From Mytilus edulis (lineage: Eukaryota), in the NCBI RefSeq assembly GCF_963676685.1, contig NC_092353.1:25606001-25670000 (forward strand): a DNA stretch of 64,000 bases. The letters run 5' to 3'. How positions within the stretch are numbered: position 1 is the stretch's first letter; each line of letters opens with the position of its first letter. Under the pieces are notes generated by a model. That model was not told the origin of the DNA. It did no database searches and saw only the letters and a list, made by a program, of their open reading frames with translations. The translations under genes were made by a program, and so were the position numbers. Of this stretch, positions 38,301 through 51,385 are shown in pieces.

Positions 38301-41300
38301 AACTCAAGAACGCTAAAATTGATACAACTCAAATTTGAACTTCATCTCTGTTCAGGGTGGTAATGACCATTGTGCATAAGTTTCATTACATTTGGTCAAT
38401 GCTAACTAAAGTTAGAGATTAGAAACTTATTTGTGGACTTACAGATGGACAGAAGGATGGTACACTAAATGCCCTCTTTGCTGTGGCAGGGGTTTAAATA
38501 CAGACAGACAATAAGCGCAATGAATGCAGTATTCTATTCATAAGCAGGGAATAATTTTGTTAAATCAATCCCCATATCATTGTACTAACCTGTCATCATG
38601 AGCAAATATTGATTTATGACAGTCACCAAAATCCATGCCCCAGATTTTGACATTACGATCAGCTGATCCAGTAATAAGCAGTGAACTATCTGATGATATA
38701 TCTAAGCAGAGGACTGGTAGTTTATGTCCATACATTGATAGGAAAAACTACAAAATAATGTTTGTACACATACAAATTCAGCTTTTAAAGTTAAAAAAAA
38801 AATGTATCCGATAATCAATTATTTTTTTTGTATACTATTAATTCAGAAATTTATTATTATTAATTTTGTCATTTGAAACTAAATATTTCTGTTTGATTCA
38901 TTTAAAACATTTCAAAATGCGAGTTTAAATTATTGCAATTATAACCCAGTCCCATTTTCGCAATAATTTCTGAATTTACAGTATGCTTATCGTACATACT
39001 GCAAACTGATTATTTTTAGTACTTGGATAAATCATCATCTGGATGCTAAGCAATGCTGATAAAGTATATAAATATTAAAATGAATTTGTATTGAAAATTA
39101 AACTACAGCATATAATTGAAAATGTGAATAACTTACCAATCATCAATTAATGGGAAATATTTAATGTAATTTTACCAAAATTTTCTGGAAAAATAGAACT
39201 GTTTATGATGCATTTTCGACAATGGGTATAAACATAAACTAACCTTTAAGGTATCTGTGAAGAAAACCTTGACAGTATTGTCCAACAATGCAACAGCTAT
39301 ATATCTTTGGTCTGGACTGAAATTCAAAATCACACATTCATGTGAAAGAAACCAAAATATATTTTTGAATAGCAGAAATTCTTATATTACAGATGGCTAA
39401 TAGCCATGCAAGGCCTAGATATATCGCTGTCCAGTAAACTGCATGAACACATAAGCAAACATTTTTCTACACTGTTAAATTTTCATGATTTCTAGATGTG
39501 AATAAACACATGTTTTATAATTCTGATATTTATATATATACTGACAATCTCAGAAAAAATTCAAATACTTTCCTTTTTTTGAGTCGATTATTTTAGTCTC
39601 ATCAATATTTTCTTTTCTTTTTATTACAATTAAACATTAACAACTGCCTATAATTACAAAATCCCTTACATAGAAAGTGGACATACCACCACAAATTCTA
39701 ACTTGGTATATTTATTAAGATGTGAGATTTTTAATATTTTACACTGTTGTGGAACAAATGAAAAAACTTTGAATGCACAAAATAAACTAAGAACAAAGAC
39801 AGGTTTGTTTTTATATACCTAAAATTTTGTCATTCAAAATATACAAAACCAGTTTGAGAGGTCTACTTTTTTTTCAATGATCATGATAAAATCAAATTTA
39901 CATGGGGGATAAATTCCCTATTTTATATACTATGATTTTGCACAAATAAACCCCCCATAAAAATTTCTCCTTTTATAGTACAATCTATAGTCAGCATCAA
40001 AGTTATATTAATATATTATTACCTGTATTTTACACCTAGCACATCTTCATCCATCTGAAGTGTCTTCACATGCTCCAAACTTAATCTTTTACTGTAAAAT
40101 TATTGTCAAATATTATGCAGTCAACTCATATTTCAGAACTAAAAGATAACTCTCCCAACAAGATAAAAGAAAACATTCAGCCATAGAAATCCCTAAGCTC
40201 ACCCTCCCCCTTCTAAAAAATATTGAAAATTTATGCAACAAAAGTATTACTAAGGCAAATACTCAAGTTAATGATCTTTCAAAAAAAAAAAAATTGTTCA
40301 ATGTATGTTCAAATTTTTATTTGTTTATAAAATAAATTTCAAACTGTTCTTTGTATAACCTCACCTTGAATCAGAATATTTCTCATCCGAAACCATCTCA
40401 AAATTCCAGAATTTGACAGTTTTATCTGCACTACCAGTTACTACACCTCTCTGTAAATATATAATATTGATACATACAGATTTTTTTTACTCTCTCAAAT
40501 ACTTACTTGTTAAAAAAAATAAATTACAAAATGAATATTCTTTTATGTGCAGAAATTCTAGTTAAAATATTTTGGCTTAGAATTTATGTAATGTCTACAG
40601 TATCCATTTGTTAATCAATTATATCATAATCTTACTTACTTACTGACTGACTGACTAGTTAAAAGGGCTAAATCTTGACAGTTCAATTATGTACCCCGGT
40701 AATGTTTTTTTTTTATCTTGTATTAAAATAATTTCCCTAAACGAAAGAGCTTCCAGTACATTTCAAAGCTCTAAAGTCTAATGTATTTGTTGAACAAAAA
40801 CAAAACAATATTTAAAGAAAATTTTATGCTTATCTGGAATAGATTAACAACAATCGGTGTATATTTCTTCTTTTCAAATGATATCTCATTATTGTCTATA
40901 TTATCGTTTGGTATTCATAAACTACAAACCTTATCTGGTGCCATACATATACCCCATACAGCACTTGTATGGCTATCAATAGTCTCAAGCAAAACACCAC
41001 TTGCTACATCAAACAACTGTAGTTTACCACCCTGGAAATAGTATAAACAAGTAAATATATATATATCTCCCAAAAAAAACTATACTGTTCAGTGAGAAAT
41101 TTTTGTGAGGGATTAATTTTTAAGATAAAATCATGAAAAATTTAGAAGTAGGTTTAATGTAAAATAGTTTTATGAAGAAATAAACATCTTGTTGTCTGCT
41201 TCTTTTAGGTAACAATACACCAAACTTAAAGAACGCATGTTGAATATTTTCTGAAGTTTTATCACTAAAACATAAAACAATAGGCTAAGAAGCAAGGTAA

Positions 41301-44300
41301 TTTTCAACAAACAATATTTCAGATGAATATCATTGTTCAAATATGATTGTTGTTGAATTTAAAGTAAAATTGAAGGAAGACACAAATGAAACATTTATTA
41401 AGTACTAAAACAGTTTAGTATGAAAAGTTAAATATTGAGAAAATAGTGGTACCAGAAATGTAGCCATTAGCCGTACTAAGATCTACTAACCTTTGTTCCA
41501 ACAATTACAATTCTGTCACCAGGTGCAAATAAAGAACACAAAGCATAATCACACTCCATGGTTCTTATACACTGTAAGGTTGATCTAAATAAAAAGGATC
41601 GAAAAGTAGACTATGTGTGGATATTTATATACAGCAACTCAAAATACAGCTGTTAAAAGATTTGTTTAAATGAAATACTTTGCATGTTAAAAATTGAAAA
41701 AATGTTCAGTTCGAAACACATTTAAAGATTGCATTTTCAACAGCAATTTCCTTTTAACAAATAAATATTTAAATAAACGGAAAATTATTGTATGGGACAC
41801 AGATGATGCCCCCACTTCCATATAGTTTTGTAAAGGAGCATGATTCAAGAACCATAAAAGTAATGCAACGAGCGGAGAGACAAGGGTAGCACTAAATGCC
41901 CCCTCCAATTTGGTGGGGTCATAAAATTTGGATCTTCTGATGTGAAGAAAATCAGCTGTTATCATATCATAAATGTCATTGATACATTATATTTAGTACT
42001 CATGAAATTGTATAAATCATGCTTTTTTTGCATAAACAAACCAAGGTTTCCAACTTTATTGTGTATTCTGAACGCTGTGCATACTTTCTGCAACTATTCT
42101 AGTACATGTACAGCTAAATTCATGTTATCAGAGATCATTTAACATACCTATTCCATATTTTAACTGTTTCACCACTTCCAGACAGGATAGCAGTATTATC
42201 AGAACTGGTACATATTGTCCTTACATCAGTACGGTGACCAGCCATCATTAACTTCTGACTATTAGTTATCTCCCCATTTTTATCACGTTGATTTACACAA
42301 CAACTTTCAATGGTATTGTTATTTAACAAAGCAAGAACCTAGAAACATAAATGAATTTATCATATGTTTAGTAGTAAATATAGTAGATTTGCATATTTGA
42401 TAAATAGCCTACTGTTTAATCCATATCGCGCAACTTTGATGCGCACCCTTTATCGCATACCCTTTATCACATCCCTCCTTTTTTTCTCAAAAAAGGTCCA
42501 ATAGAACGGTCAGTGTTCTCCCCACGGCCTTTTAGCATCATGGTAATGTGATGATATAATCTTAAATGTGATGCTATCTGAAGTGGTTTTATTATAGATT
42601 ATATTGTGGATGTGATGCTATAATTTCTAGAAACAAGATGGTATTTCAATTTCACCTGTTTTCCAGGATGCTATATTAATATCTGGGGAGAACACTGAGA
42701 ACGGTTATTTGGGCGTGACACAATTTATTGAATGACGTCATTGTTTGGTATGTGACGTCATGAACGTCAAATTTTCATATTTTTTTGGCACACTAAATGC
42801 AACTATAAAAAATACAAAACACACAAAAGAATACATTTATAAACAAAATATTTTTAAAACAACAGCACGCAAATTGTAAGGTAACCCAGGTGCTTCGAAT
42901 AAGTAATATTAAGCAGTTCTTTTAAGGCTTTTGAAACAAAAAAACTAAAGGCCCTCGGGCTAATATATATATTGGTGTCTCGGGATAATACGACATATAA
43001 TACGGATTTTGCCATGTATTATTCTCTATTTATGTGTATATCAAAATTTTACAATGAAATATAGTTTCCATACTAAAAGAAAGTAAAAGGATTTTACTGT
43101 TTTTAACAATCAGCTCAGTAAATGGAAATTTGTATCTTTACAGAGACACAACTACTTGGTATAAGCAATAATTATTTGACAGTAATATCATTCACAATAC
43201 TTTTAAAAGTCTAAACAAATTCCTTAAAAAAATATGAGCACATACCTTTGTTTGTGCTGGTCCTTCTAATATGATATCAAAAGAGGATATTTTGGCTGAT
43301 AGTTTAACATTATTAGCATGACTTATTTCATCTTCTAATTTCAGGTCTGCCTTTACTTCAGGATCGTCATCCCTAAACCAGAAAATATCATGCACTGATC
43401 AAAATGAAACTTATTTGTAATTTAACATTTATACTATCACTTCATCCTTAGATGACATGAAAACCTATTGAGATGGAAATGTGACCCCTTGGGACAGAAA
43501 ATTTCACTATACTACACGGTTCAAGATATACTGTTTTTAATAATAATTGTCATTCTGTTTATTCCAGTTCAATGTTTTATACTTGTGAGTTTTGATTGGT
43601 ATGATAATAATATCATTAGTACATGTATATAAGCTAACAAATGTTCCAGGATTTGCTTCCCTGTTTAATGCCATTAGGTAAAGACCCTCTCTAATCAACA
43701 GCTTTTTTAACCTTATCAAAAGCACAAAATATTGCCCATGATATTCCTTTTTAAGAAGACCTCAGTGCACAAATGGACTAAGTAGTTCATATACTGAATT
43801 ACTAGCCTGTCAACACTGAGGTTTTGAGTTATAAAACTGTATGTGGCATGAGCATTTGACTCCAAACATAATTGACTAGGATTATCAGTTTTCCTTCCAA
43901 ATGTTATGTTTCTCTTCCGGCAATCCAAAATCCTCTACTGATAAAAAATGGCCAAAATGATATAACATATCTATAGTGAGAAAGTGGTGTTTAACACAGA
44001 CAATCAATAAACCATCAATCCATATACACACACAAAAAAAACTCTGATGATTGTACTGATTTGGAACGGGTGCTTGTTCATGTGCAGGGTCAAAGTAGTT
44101 TTTGAGATCTCAACCCTTCCCTATATGTAATCTATTTTAAGAGCTTGAGAGATAAGGAAAGTATGAATAGTGTATCTAATTAACATCATTCTTCATAACT
44201 TACTTCAATTTTTTGTTTAATCTTTTCTGTCTTTTGGCTAAATGTTTCCTCAATTCTTCCGTGCTTGGTAAACTGAAGACCTCTAAGATGTGATCTGTTC

Positions 44301-47300
44301 CCTAAGAAAAAGTAATGAAAAATTATACTAATAATGTCTGAAAATATGATAAAACAAGGAAGAACAACACTAAAAGAGGCTAAAGGAATCTCCTGTAGTA
44401 AATATAGAATGAGTGACCTTGTAGATGTTTTGATCTAGTGCAGTTTACAACAGGTTCAATACTTTTTTTTAATATAACAATATAAATAAAATCGAGAATA
44501 GAAATGGGGAATGTGTCAAAGAGACAACAACCCGACCATAGAAAAAAAACAACAGCAGAAGGTCACCAACAGGTAATCCTACTTTGGGGTTGAATGTTTT
44601 CAGCCCAACATTTTCACCAAATAATTTTCAGAACCACAGATATAGAGCCAAATAATTTTTTTTAATGAAAACTTATCTTCATTTCTTTTTCTTAAGGGCT
44701 AATTATCATGATTATAATCATAACCTTCTGCTGTTGTATACAACTTTATTTTTTGTCTACTGTGATTGGAAAACAGACAAAAATCTATTTTGTAACAGAG
44801 GAAGAGCAGTTCTGTCATTTCTTATAAAGGAAACTTGTCACTATTATTTTTTTGTTTGTTATATTGTCAACTTTTGTTGGTACTTTAGCTCTTTAGCCTT
44901 CTGTTGAACTACTTTTTGGTCAAATTGTCCAGAACTTTTTATAAAGTCAAACTCCTGATTCCTTTATGTGAATGCAAAAAAACATTAAAGTTGAAACTTA
45001 CATGGCATGCAAGTACACTTCCTGTTTCATCTGTTGCCATGGAAACCACTCTGTGTCTGCCTTTCCTCATTACTGACCCAATCTTTTTGCATTTTAAAAT
45101 ATTCTAAAATGTGATTGGTTAGATTAAAGCAGTTTCTATATCAAACAATTAGTATGCTTAAAAGAGTTATATTTTAAATAGGACATGATAATGATTATGC
45201 ATGACTGTTTATGTCCTGCTTAGATGCATATTTACAGAACATATATATGCAATATGAATATGAAGCCTGGTTTGTACTAGACCAACCATAGAGCCAGATA
45301 CTTGACCTTCAAGGTCATAATATAACACATCATTCTGACTCATAGTGAACTTTTCCTTAGTCATTAACGCTGCATGCTCAAATACTAATTTCAAAGTCAT
45401 TGATTTGACCAAACTAGGATTAAACTGATGACTTCATGTACTGGAAGGAGCACCCCACCAGGACAGCGCCAAGGTGTTTATTATTAAGATAAGAACATGG
45501 CAACTGATCATGTCTTGCTGAATTACCTTTATTTATAATTTTCAGCAGTTGATTCTGCTATTTTGAATATCTGACGTAGGTGCCAAATAAAACAATTTTT
45601 CCTTCAAGAGTTATATTTACTGGAGACATAATTAAATTTAATCATTATCCTGAAAACCCTTTTACAACTATCATTAGGTACAAAACTATTTTCTTCCACT
45701 TTTCACCATTTTTATTTCTTATAACAATAAAACAAAGTAACCTGGAGACAGAAAAGACCACTTCACTTTAAGGAGACATGTTAAAGCAACAAAGAATGAT
45801 TCAAAAACTTTTTTTTTCATGATACTTTTTTTACATCTAAACTTTGTTTCTGAGCAGATTTAACTCACCATTTCTTCTTCTTCCTCTTCTTCATCTGACA
45901 TTGTTTCTACTCTGGGTCTCTTTGCCTCAGGTTCTTCATCCTGCTGATTAAACAATCTATTCATTATCAAGATAACATTTGCATTATTTTAAATTGGGGC
46001 AGAGGAGACGTGGATGGATGTTCATTTAATGAAAGTGGTTGTTATTAGTTTTTTGTTGTTGCTTTTAGTGTTTTAGTGGTACATATTGGTTGTTGTTTGT
46101 CCTAATTGATTTTTTGTTATTATTTGCCAAGTGCAGTTTATTGTTTGTTTTATAACTGTTGCTGTTAGATATGTACTAACTTAACTAGATATATCTTATT
46201 CTATAAAGGTGAGAGAAAAAATGATTCCACAATAATGAAGGACAAAACAAAAAGTTGAATACCTCTGTGTCTAAGTAATCTATATCCCAAACTCTAAGTT
46301 CACTATCTGCTGACCCTGTAATTAATCTCTGTCCATTACGTATAACCACAAAATCATACACCTGAAATGTATAAAACCTAAGAGATAAAATATGCACAAT
46401 ATTCTAACAGTTTCTTTAGAAGTATCACTAAATAATTAGAAATATTTAATTTACACATTCATGGATATATATATAATAATCAAAACAGGGATTTGACTCC
46501 TCATTATGATTTTGACGTAATTCACTTGCAGACAATTTTAATTTCTTATTGCAAGTTTTTTTATAACCTTGTATGATTAAACATCTCACTTAAAAGCAAT
46601 TCTTTAGAATGTTGTTCCCAAATAACATTCGTTGTGTTGACGGTTTTGTTGAATATATTTGTCTGTTGTTGAGATACTGTTTACCAATTGCAAGAGGTGG
46701 CTAGTAATTTCTGCTATTCTTTTTAAGTCATTTATATTATCAGTTTCAAATATCGATAGCAAAGTTGTTGCAACGGTAACCATAACTTCCACATCATGAT
46801 GGTCAATATCTTGAAGTCATCTTCATGTGATACCAAAACTACTAATAAATGTTTTCACGCAGACAACTGAGAGACAAAGAAAAGATTAATAAAAAAAAAC
46901 TAAACTGTTAGTATGACTTTGACAGATTTAAATTTCTAATAAAGGAGTGACTTTTAAAAGTCTCATGAATATTGATGTCCTATATCATGACTCTCATACT
47001 AACCTCACTTCTGTGTCCTACTAATGTTTTAAAACAATGCTGAGTCTCCAAATCCCAAAACTTCACAAAAGTATCTTTAGAACTGAAATAGTAACAATTT
47101 GGACATTATTATAATAAGGAATAATAACTAGAATTGCACAACTTTTCAATTACTTAAAAAAAATATATGCAAAGTGAAATTAGTAGCTAGTATTTCAAAT
47201 ATAATGAAATTTGAGACAAAAAAAACTTATTGTTTTCTTTAAATTGACAAAACACTGAGTGCTTGAGAGAACCAATAAATATCTTTACAAAAGGTTTTAT

Positions 47301-50300
47301 ATATTCAAATGTGCCAATCTAATTAAGTTGGTTTTAACATGGGCTTTAATTTTGTGAATTGAAAATGTGCTTGTCAGAAAAGCAGAAAATCTAAGTATTT
47401 TTCGTGACAACTCATTCTGTGGCATCTTGTAAAATTACTTCAAAGTAAAACCATGTCTTTCTTGTTTTAAGTTAAGCTGTAGGTTTATGTAGACACAAAT
47501 GATAGTAAATTTAACTTGAATCTTTATCACACCTTAATAATTTTTTGGAAAAATTAAACAATTGTAACGTTAACAATGAAGTTTATTAGTACCTAGTAAT
47601 CAAAACATCCTTCTGTTTCAGAAATGACAGTTGAGTAATTTGACCTTTGTGACCTTTCAATCTGAAGAGACCTGCTTCATTCACAATATCCCAAACAATA
47701 ACATCTGTATCCTACAATAGAGAGAAAATGATACACAACTCTACTAATTAATGGTTGTTTCTTTTAATGAAAACCTGCAATAAATTTAAAATGAATTATA
47801 TTTATAACTAACTTCAAGCCATCAAACAATATAGAACCAACTGCAATATAAAGCAGAAACTCTATTTTGTTATTGCATTGAATGTTGAATGTATACCTTA
47901 TTAGTTTACTTTCATGCCAAGCAAGATATGTATGTAGATACATATATGCCCTTAATCTATAAACATAGGAATTTTGACTTAACCGGCAGATAAAAATACT
48001 ACTAAAATGACTGTTATTCATAGCCTTATGTCAAAACTTCTCCTATTTGGTTGTCTGAGACTCACAATCTATATTTAACAAACTTATTTTTTATAACAGT
48101 TCAAAATAAGTTGGTTTTCTTTTCATTGTTGATCCTGTTAATTGTTATATCAACCTTGTAAGATTTAGACAGTTTCTACTATTTTCTATTCAATGGAAAA
48201 TGGTTGGGTTCATGTTATGTCTTTTGGTCGTATTTCCCCCCCATGACATTCACCGACTTTCAGCCTGGTTTTTATTGAAGCATGTAAAATTCAAATCAGC
48301 AGAACATCATTCAATCAATTATATATAACAGATTCAATTTTGATTGCAATGGGATTTGTAACTTTAACCATGTGGTCTGATGCACTAATACAGTATGTGG
48401 TTTTTAATGATATTTCTAAATAAAGTGTAACTTGAATGTTTCATTTCCTTAAATAATTTTGTCTACCTGTTTATACACTGGTACCTACCTTTCCTCCTGA
48501 CACAAGCCTCATCCCCTGGTGATCATAAGACAGTGTGGTAACAGTAGACTTGTGTCCACTAAAATTGACGACCAGATCACCACTGGCCACATCAAATACT
48601 TTGACCATTCCATCATTATAACCTACAGCTATATGTTTCTTATCTGGTGACTTGGCTAAAGCTGTTACTTCATGCTTATCTCCCTTTAGCGTGTTAAACT
48701 ACAAGCAAATTGTAATTGGTACATTATGTCTAGTAACTTTATTATAAGTCTACAGATAACTTTCATTATATAACAGCTTTGAAGAATGTCTTAAAATTTA
48801 AATTGTCATATAAATTAAAGTACTTGTACTGTGGATTAATTTATTTTCGTGGATTCAGTAAAACTTTCTTTATTGTGGACATGGTGGATATTTGATTTCT
48901 TGGTTTTGCAAAATTCTGCATGTAAGCCTATATAAATTTAAGTCATTGATTTTTGACAAAAAATGGTATCCTATTAATAATAATGAATCCACGGTATGCA
49001 GTAACTTCAATTCATTAAAAGTTCACTCTTCAACAATCCTGTATTTGTCCTTGTTAGTACATGTAGTACTTAGTCTATATATATGCCTAACCTAGTACTT
49101 AGTCTATATATATGCCTAACCAAGGAGCCTTTGTCAAGACCACACATTGTACAAATGTAGCTGCAAATGGTGCTTTTTGCTAATTATTCTGCTTCATTAA
49201 GGGTGTGCCTTTATCATTTTGATACTTTACACTATTCAAATGTATCCAAGCTGAACATTTGCATTTCTTATTCATATCTCACATTACAGTTCAGTGCTCC
49301 AGCTAGAATTCAAAAGGGGCAGGGTGCCAGTGGAGGGCAGGGCACTTTTTTATGATAGAAGGCACTGCTCATTTCTAATGTCTACGTCCCTGCGTGTATC
49401 ACGAGTTCACATATTTTTTTACTGTATATATTGTCAATAAAGATGCATAAGTTGTTGTTGTGATTATTTATTCTATAAAATTTGCATAAGAAAAGTCATT
49501 CATACTACATGTTCATATAACATGGCAATACACATTCATACTATTAACCAAAAGAGGCAAAATAAACTTACTATTCTCCCCCACCCCCTCTCCTTCCAAA
49601 AGGAAAGAACATAAACTAAACATCTCATAGTTTACCATACATGTACATGACAGAGTAGTTGTATTTCAAAATTTTCATCTAGAGCTTGGCCCTCAAAACT
49701 TTTCTTATTGTTTGTGTTTAGGAATGTATTTTTTAGTGTAGCTTCATCATGTTGATTTGTGATGAGAGTTTAACTACACACTTCCATTTTTGTAAGTTGA
49801 TAGCTTGACACCATTTCAACAATTACTTTAAACATATTTCTTAATTAAGAATGTATAAAACATAGATTGCCAAAAGTATGATTCTTGTTTTCAAAATTCC
49901 AATAGGGAACATATCTTTTATAATTGTATAAATAAACCAATTGTTCAAGACGTTTCGGCCATTGGCCTTCTTCAGTTGTTTATTATTCCTCTAAACTACA
50001 TGGCTGCCATTCATGTTTTAAAAGAGAATGGCAGCCATGTAAAATGTTTTAAAAAAGAATGGCAGCCATGTAGTTTAGAGGAATAATAAACAACTGAAGA
50101 AGGCCAATGGCCGAAACGTCTTGAACAATTGGTTTATTTATACAATTATAAAAGTATGATTATCAAAAATAAATTGCAATATATTTTTTTTGTATGTTCA
50201 AAGACAGTTAGTATCCTTAAAGTTACATTCTTATATAATTTTGTATTCAATTGGTTATTTTTTCCTATTTTTAGTGCTAGATAATATTTTAGGAGCACAA

Positions 50301-51069
50301 TTTTGTAATAAGCTTTTTCAGAAGAAGTAACCCCAAAATTAATTTCCAACATGTTTACGTCTGCTTGTCGCTCACAAGTTGAGATGGATGATGTTTCTGT
50401 GAAGGCAAAGTTGATTACTTCAATTCAATTCTAAATTCATGAAAGTCTTCATTCATACACTCTTCCATTGTGACTTGGGGATGAAAAGAAAATGACACAT
50501 TCATCATATTTATGACAAAAAGGTACATTGTCTTAATTAAATTACCTAGTAATTAACACCTTTGAAGACAATAATTGATTGTAATGACATGATTAACCTC
50601 GTTACTTGGGGCAATCACCAGGTGTCATATATGTTATTTAACTTCTGATAAGAAATCAATGAAACAAAAAGGCAATTTTACCAAAACGGCACAAGGGTTT
50701 TTCAGAGAACGGCGTCAGGGCAGAAGGGCGCGGCTGAGGGCACATAGGGCGCGGCTTAGGGCACCCAGGGCGCAGCGCCCTTCTATTTTGGGCTAACGAG
50801 ACCACTGCAGTTTATAACTGTCTTTCAATATTTGTAGGTAGGATGATGTCCCAATGATCTATACATTGCTGTTGCTTTATTCAACAACTAAGACAAACCT
50901 TTTCTCCGGTCCTTAAATCCCATACAATAACATCTTCACAAGCTCCCACTGCACAATATTTCCCTCTAACTCCTCGGATCTCCAAGAATAATATGTTGGC
51001 TTTAGGACTACCTATCACACCAAATGATGGCCCTGGTATATACCTCAGGTACTGCTTAGTCACGCCCAT
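29330..51069 (-). CDS. WDR3: WD repeat-containing protein 3 (UTP12/DIP2, SSU processome), 25 coding exons, ~926 aa
   Basis: Exons (5' to 3'): 50899-51069, 48489-48698, 47593-47711, 47004-47082, 46263-46361, 45869-45943, 45002-45103, 44204-44301, 43246-43372, 42148-42338, 41491-41584, 40930-41031, 40365-40450, 40023-40091, 39244-39316, 38590-38747, 37809-37920, 37287-37421, 36755-36805, 36086-36151, 35503-35595, 32815-32909, 31094-31222, 30421-30514, 29330-29482; total 2781 nt, in frame. Diagnostic [11 protein letters not shown]-terminus, [28 protein letters not shown] and a Utp12 C-terminal domain ([14 protein letters not shown]...[10 protein letters not shown]). Confidence 0.96.
29667..30051. 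mobile_element. MITE with AATAGAC...CGAGTT TIRs
   Basis: AATAGACCACTTTCGAGTT / AACTCGAAATTGTCTATT. An inverted homolog lies at ~54668-55056 and a partial copy at ~853-1070. Confidence 0.7.
31476..32571. mobile_element. Helentron-like non-autonomous element, family 2 (copy 2) in WDR3 intron
   Basis: Same 5' ~180 bp and 3' end as 6695-7277, with internal ~125-bp tandem repeats (AAATCTAAATACATGGTTAGA...). Confidence 0.6.
33030..33359. mobile_element. Nested Tc1/mariner-like MITEs
   Basis: Two left ends (33031, ~33174) and one right end AAATAGGTTGGTTTACAGTA. Confidence 0.55.
34146..35115. mobile_element. Helentron-like non-autonomous element, family 3
   Basis: AACTAGAGGCTCTAAAGAGCCTGTGTCGCTCACC start, internal duplication (34380-34540 vs 34885-35040), (GAC)n tract and GCTCACTTGGCC-TTTTA-GGCCAGGTGAGC terminal hairpin. 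Confidence 0.65.
42511..42697. mobile_element. hAT-type MITE
   Basis: TIR CAGTGTTCTCCCCA / TGGGGAGAACACTG with a perfect 8-bp TSD AGAACGGT (42503-10, 42698-705). Confidence 0.85.
45290..45480 (-). mobile_element. Degenerate tRNA-derived SINE
   Basis: tRNA-like head followed by a GGTCAAATCAATGACTTTGAAATTAGTATTTG...GCAGCGTTAA core resembling common bivalve SINEs. Confidence 0.4.
49064..49121. repeat. Perfect 29-bp tandem duplication
   Basis: TAGTACTTAGTCTATATATATGCCTAACC x2. Confidence 0.9.
49931..49984 (-). ncRNA. Minimal type I hammerhead ribozyme, inverted copy (sense in WDR3 pre-mRNA)
   Basis: Exact reverse complement of the 50085-50138 copy (GACGTTTCGGCCATTGGCCTTCTTCAG at 49949-49975). 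Confidence 0.75.
50085..50138 (+). ncRNA. Minimal type I hammerhead ribozyme (Penelope-like/retrozyme type)
   Basis: CTGAAGA (50094-50100), A, GGCC-AAT-GGCC stem II, GAAA (50113-16), CG, TC with cleavage triplet GUC at 50118-20. Stem I is CAA/TTG plus AATAAAC/GTTTATT. Palindromic ACGT takes the place of stem III. Confidence 0.75.
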
Positions 51070-51385
51070 CTTATATCATTGTGTTTTACCTGGAAAAATA
51101 TTTAAATCAAAGAATTTGGATCCAAGTAAATATAATGAATAAAAGAAGCTCAAAATCATAAAAGAGTTCTGAACTATTTTCTGAGACTAATAAATCCATG
51201 AGGATAAGACTCATGAAAATCTGCCTTCTGGACTTGTGTGTTCATAGCATAAGTCAAATGATAATGAAAGTTTTAAAATTAATCTCATTTGATTTTCTTT
51301 TTTGATTTCATATTGCATTCAAGATTTAAACAAGTGAATCTGTGACCTACTGCTCACTAATATATAATGACACCATCGCTAAAAG

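Larger units (their letters stand above)
49915..50154. repeat. Perfect 98-bp inverted repeat, probable Penelope-like element terminal-repeat remnant
   Basis: Arms 49915-50012 and 50057-50154 are exact reverse complements. The 44-bp spacer contains a ~31-bp tandem duplication of the arm end. Confidence 0.85.
49292..50807. mobile_element. Non-autonomous hAT-like DNA transposon (CAGTG...CACTG ends) hosting the hammerhead inverted repeat
   Basis: CAGTGCTCCAGCTAG.../...CTAACGAGACCACTG termini, GC-rich AGGGC subterminal repeats at both ends, and flanking CAGTT direct repeats (49287-91, 50808-12). Confidence 0.6.

Noticed and set aside
46735-46832. Box C/D snoRNA (ATGAAGA...TTGA...ATGATGT...CTGA on minus)
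   Set aside because: Degenerate C box, no convincing terminal stem, ~380 nt from the 3' splice site and no recognisable rRNA guide.
29483-50898. U12-type or non-canonical introns in WDR3
   Set aside because: All 24 inferred introns are GT-AG and none has the GTATCCTT donor.
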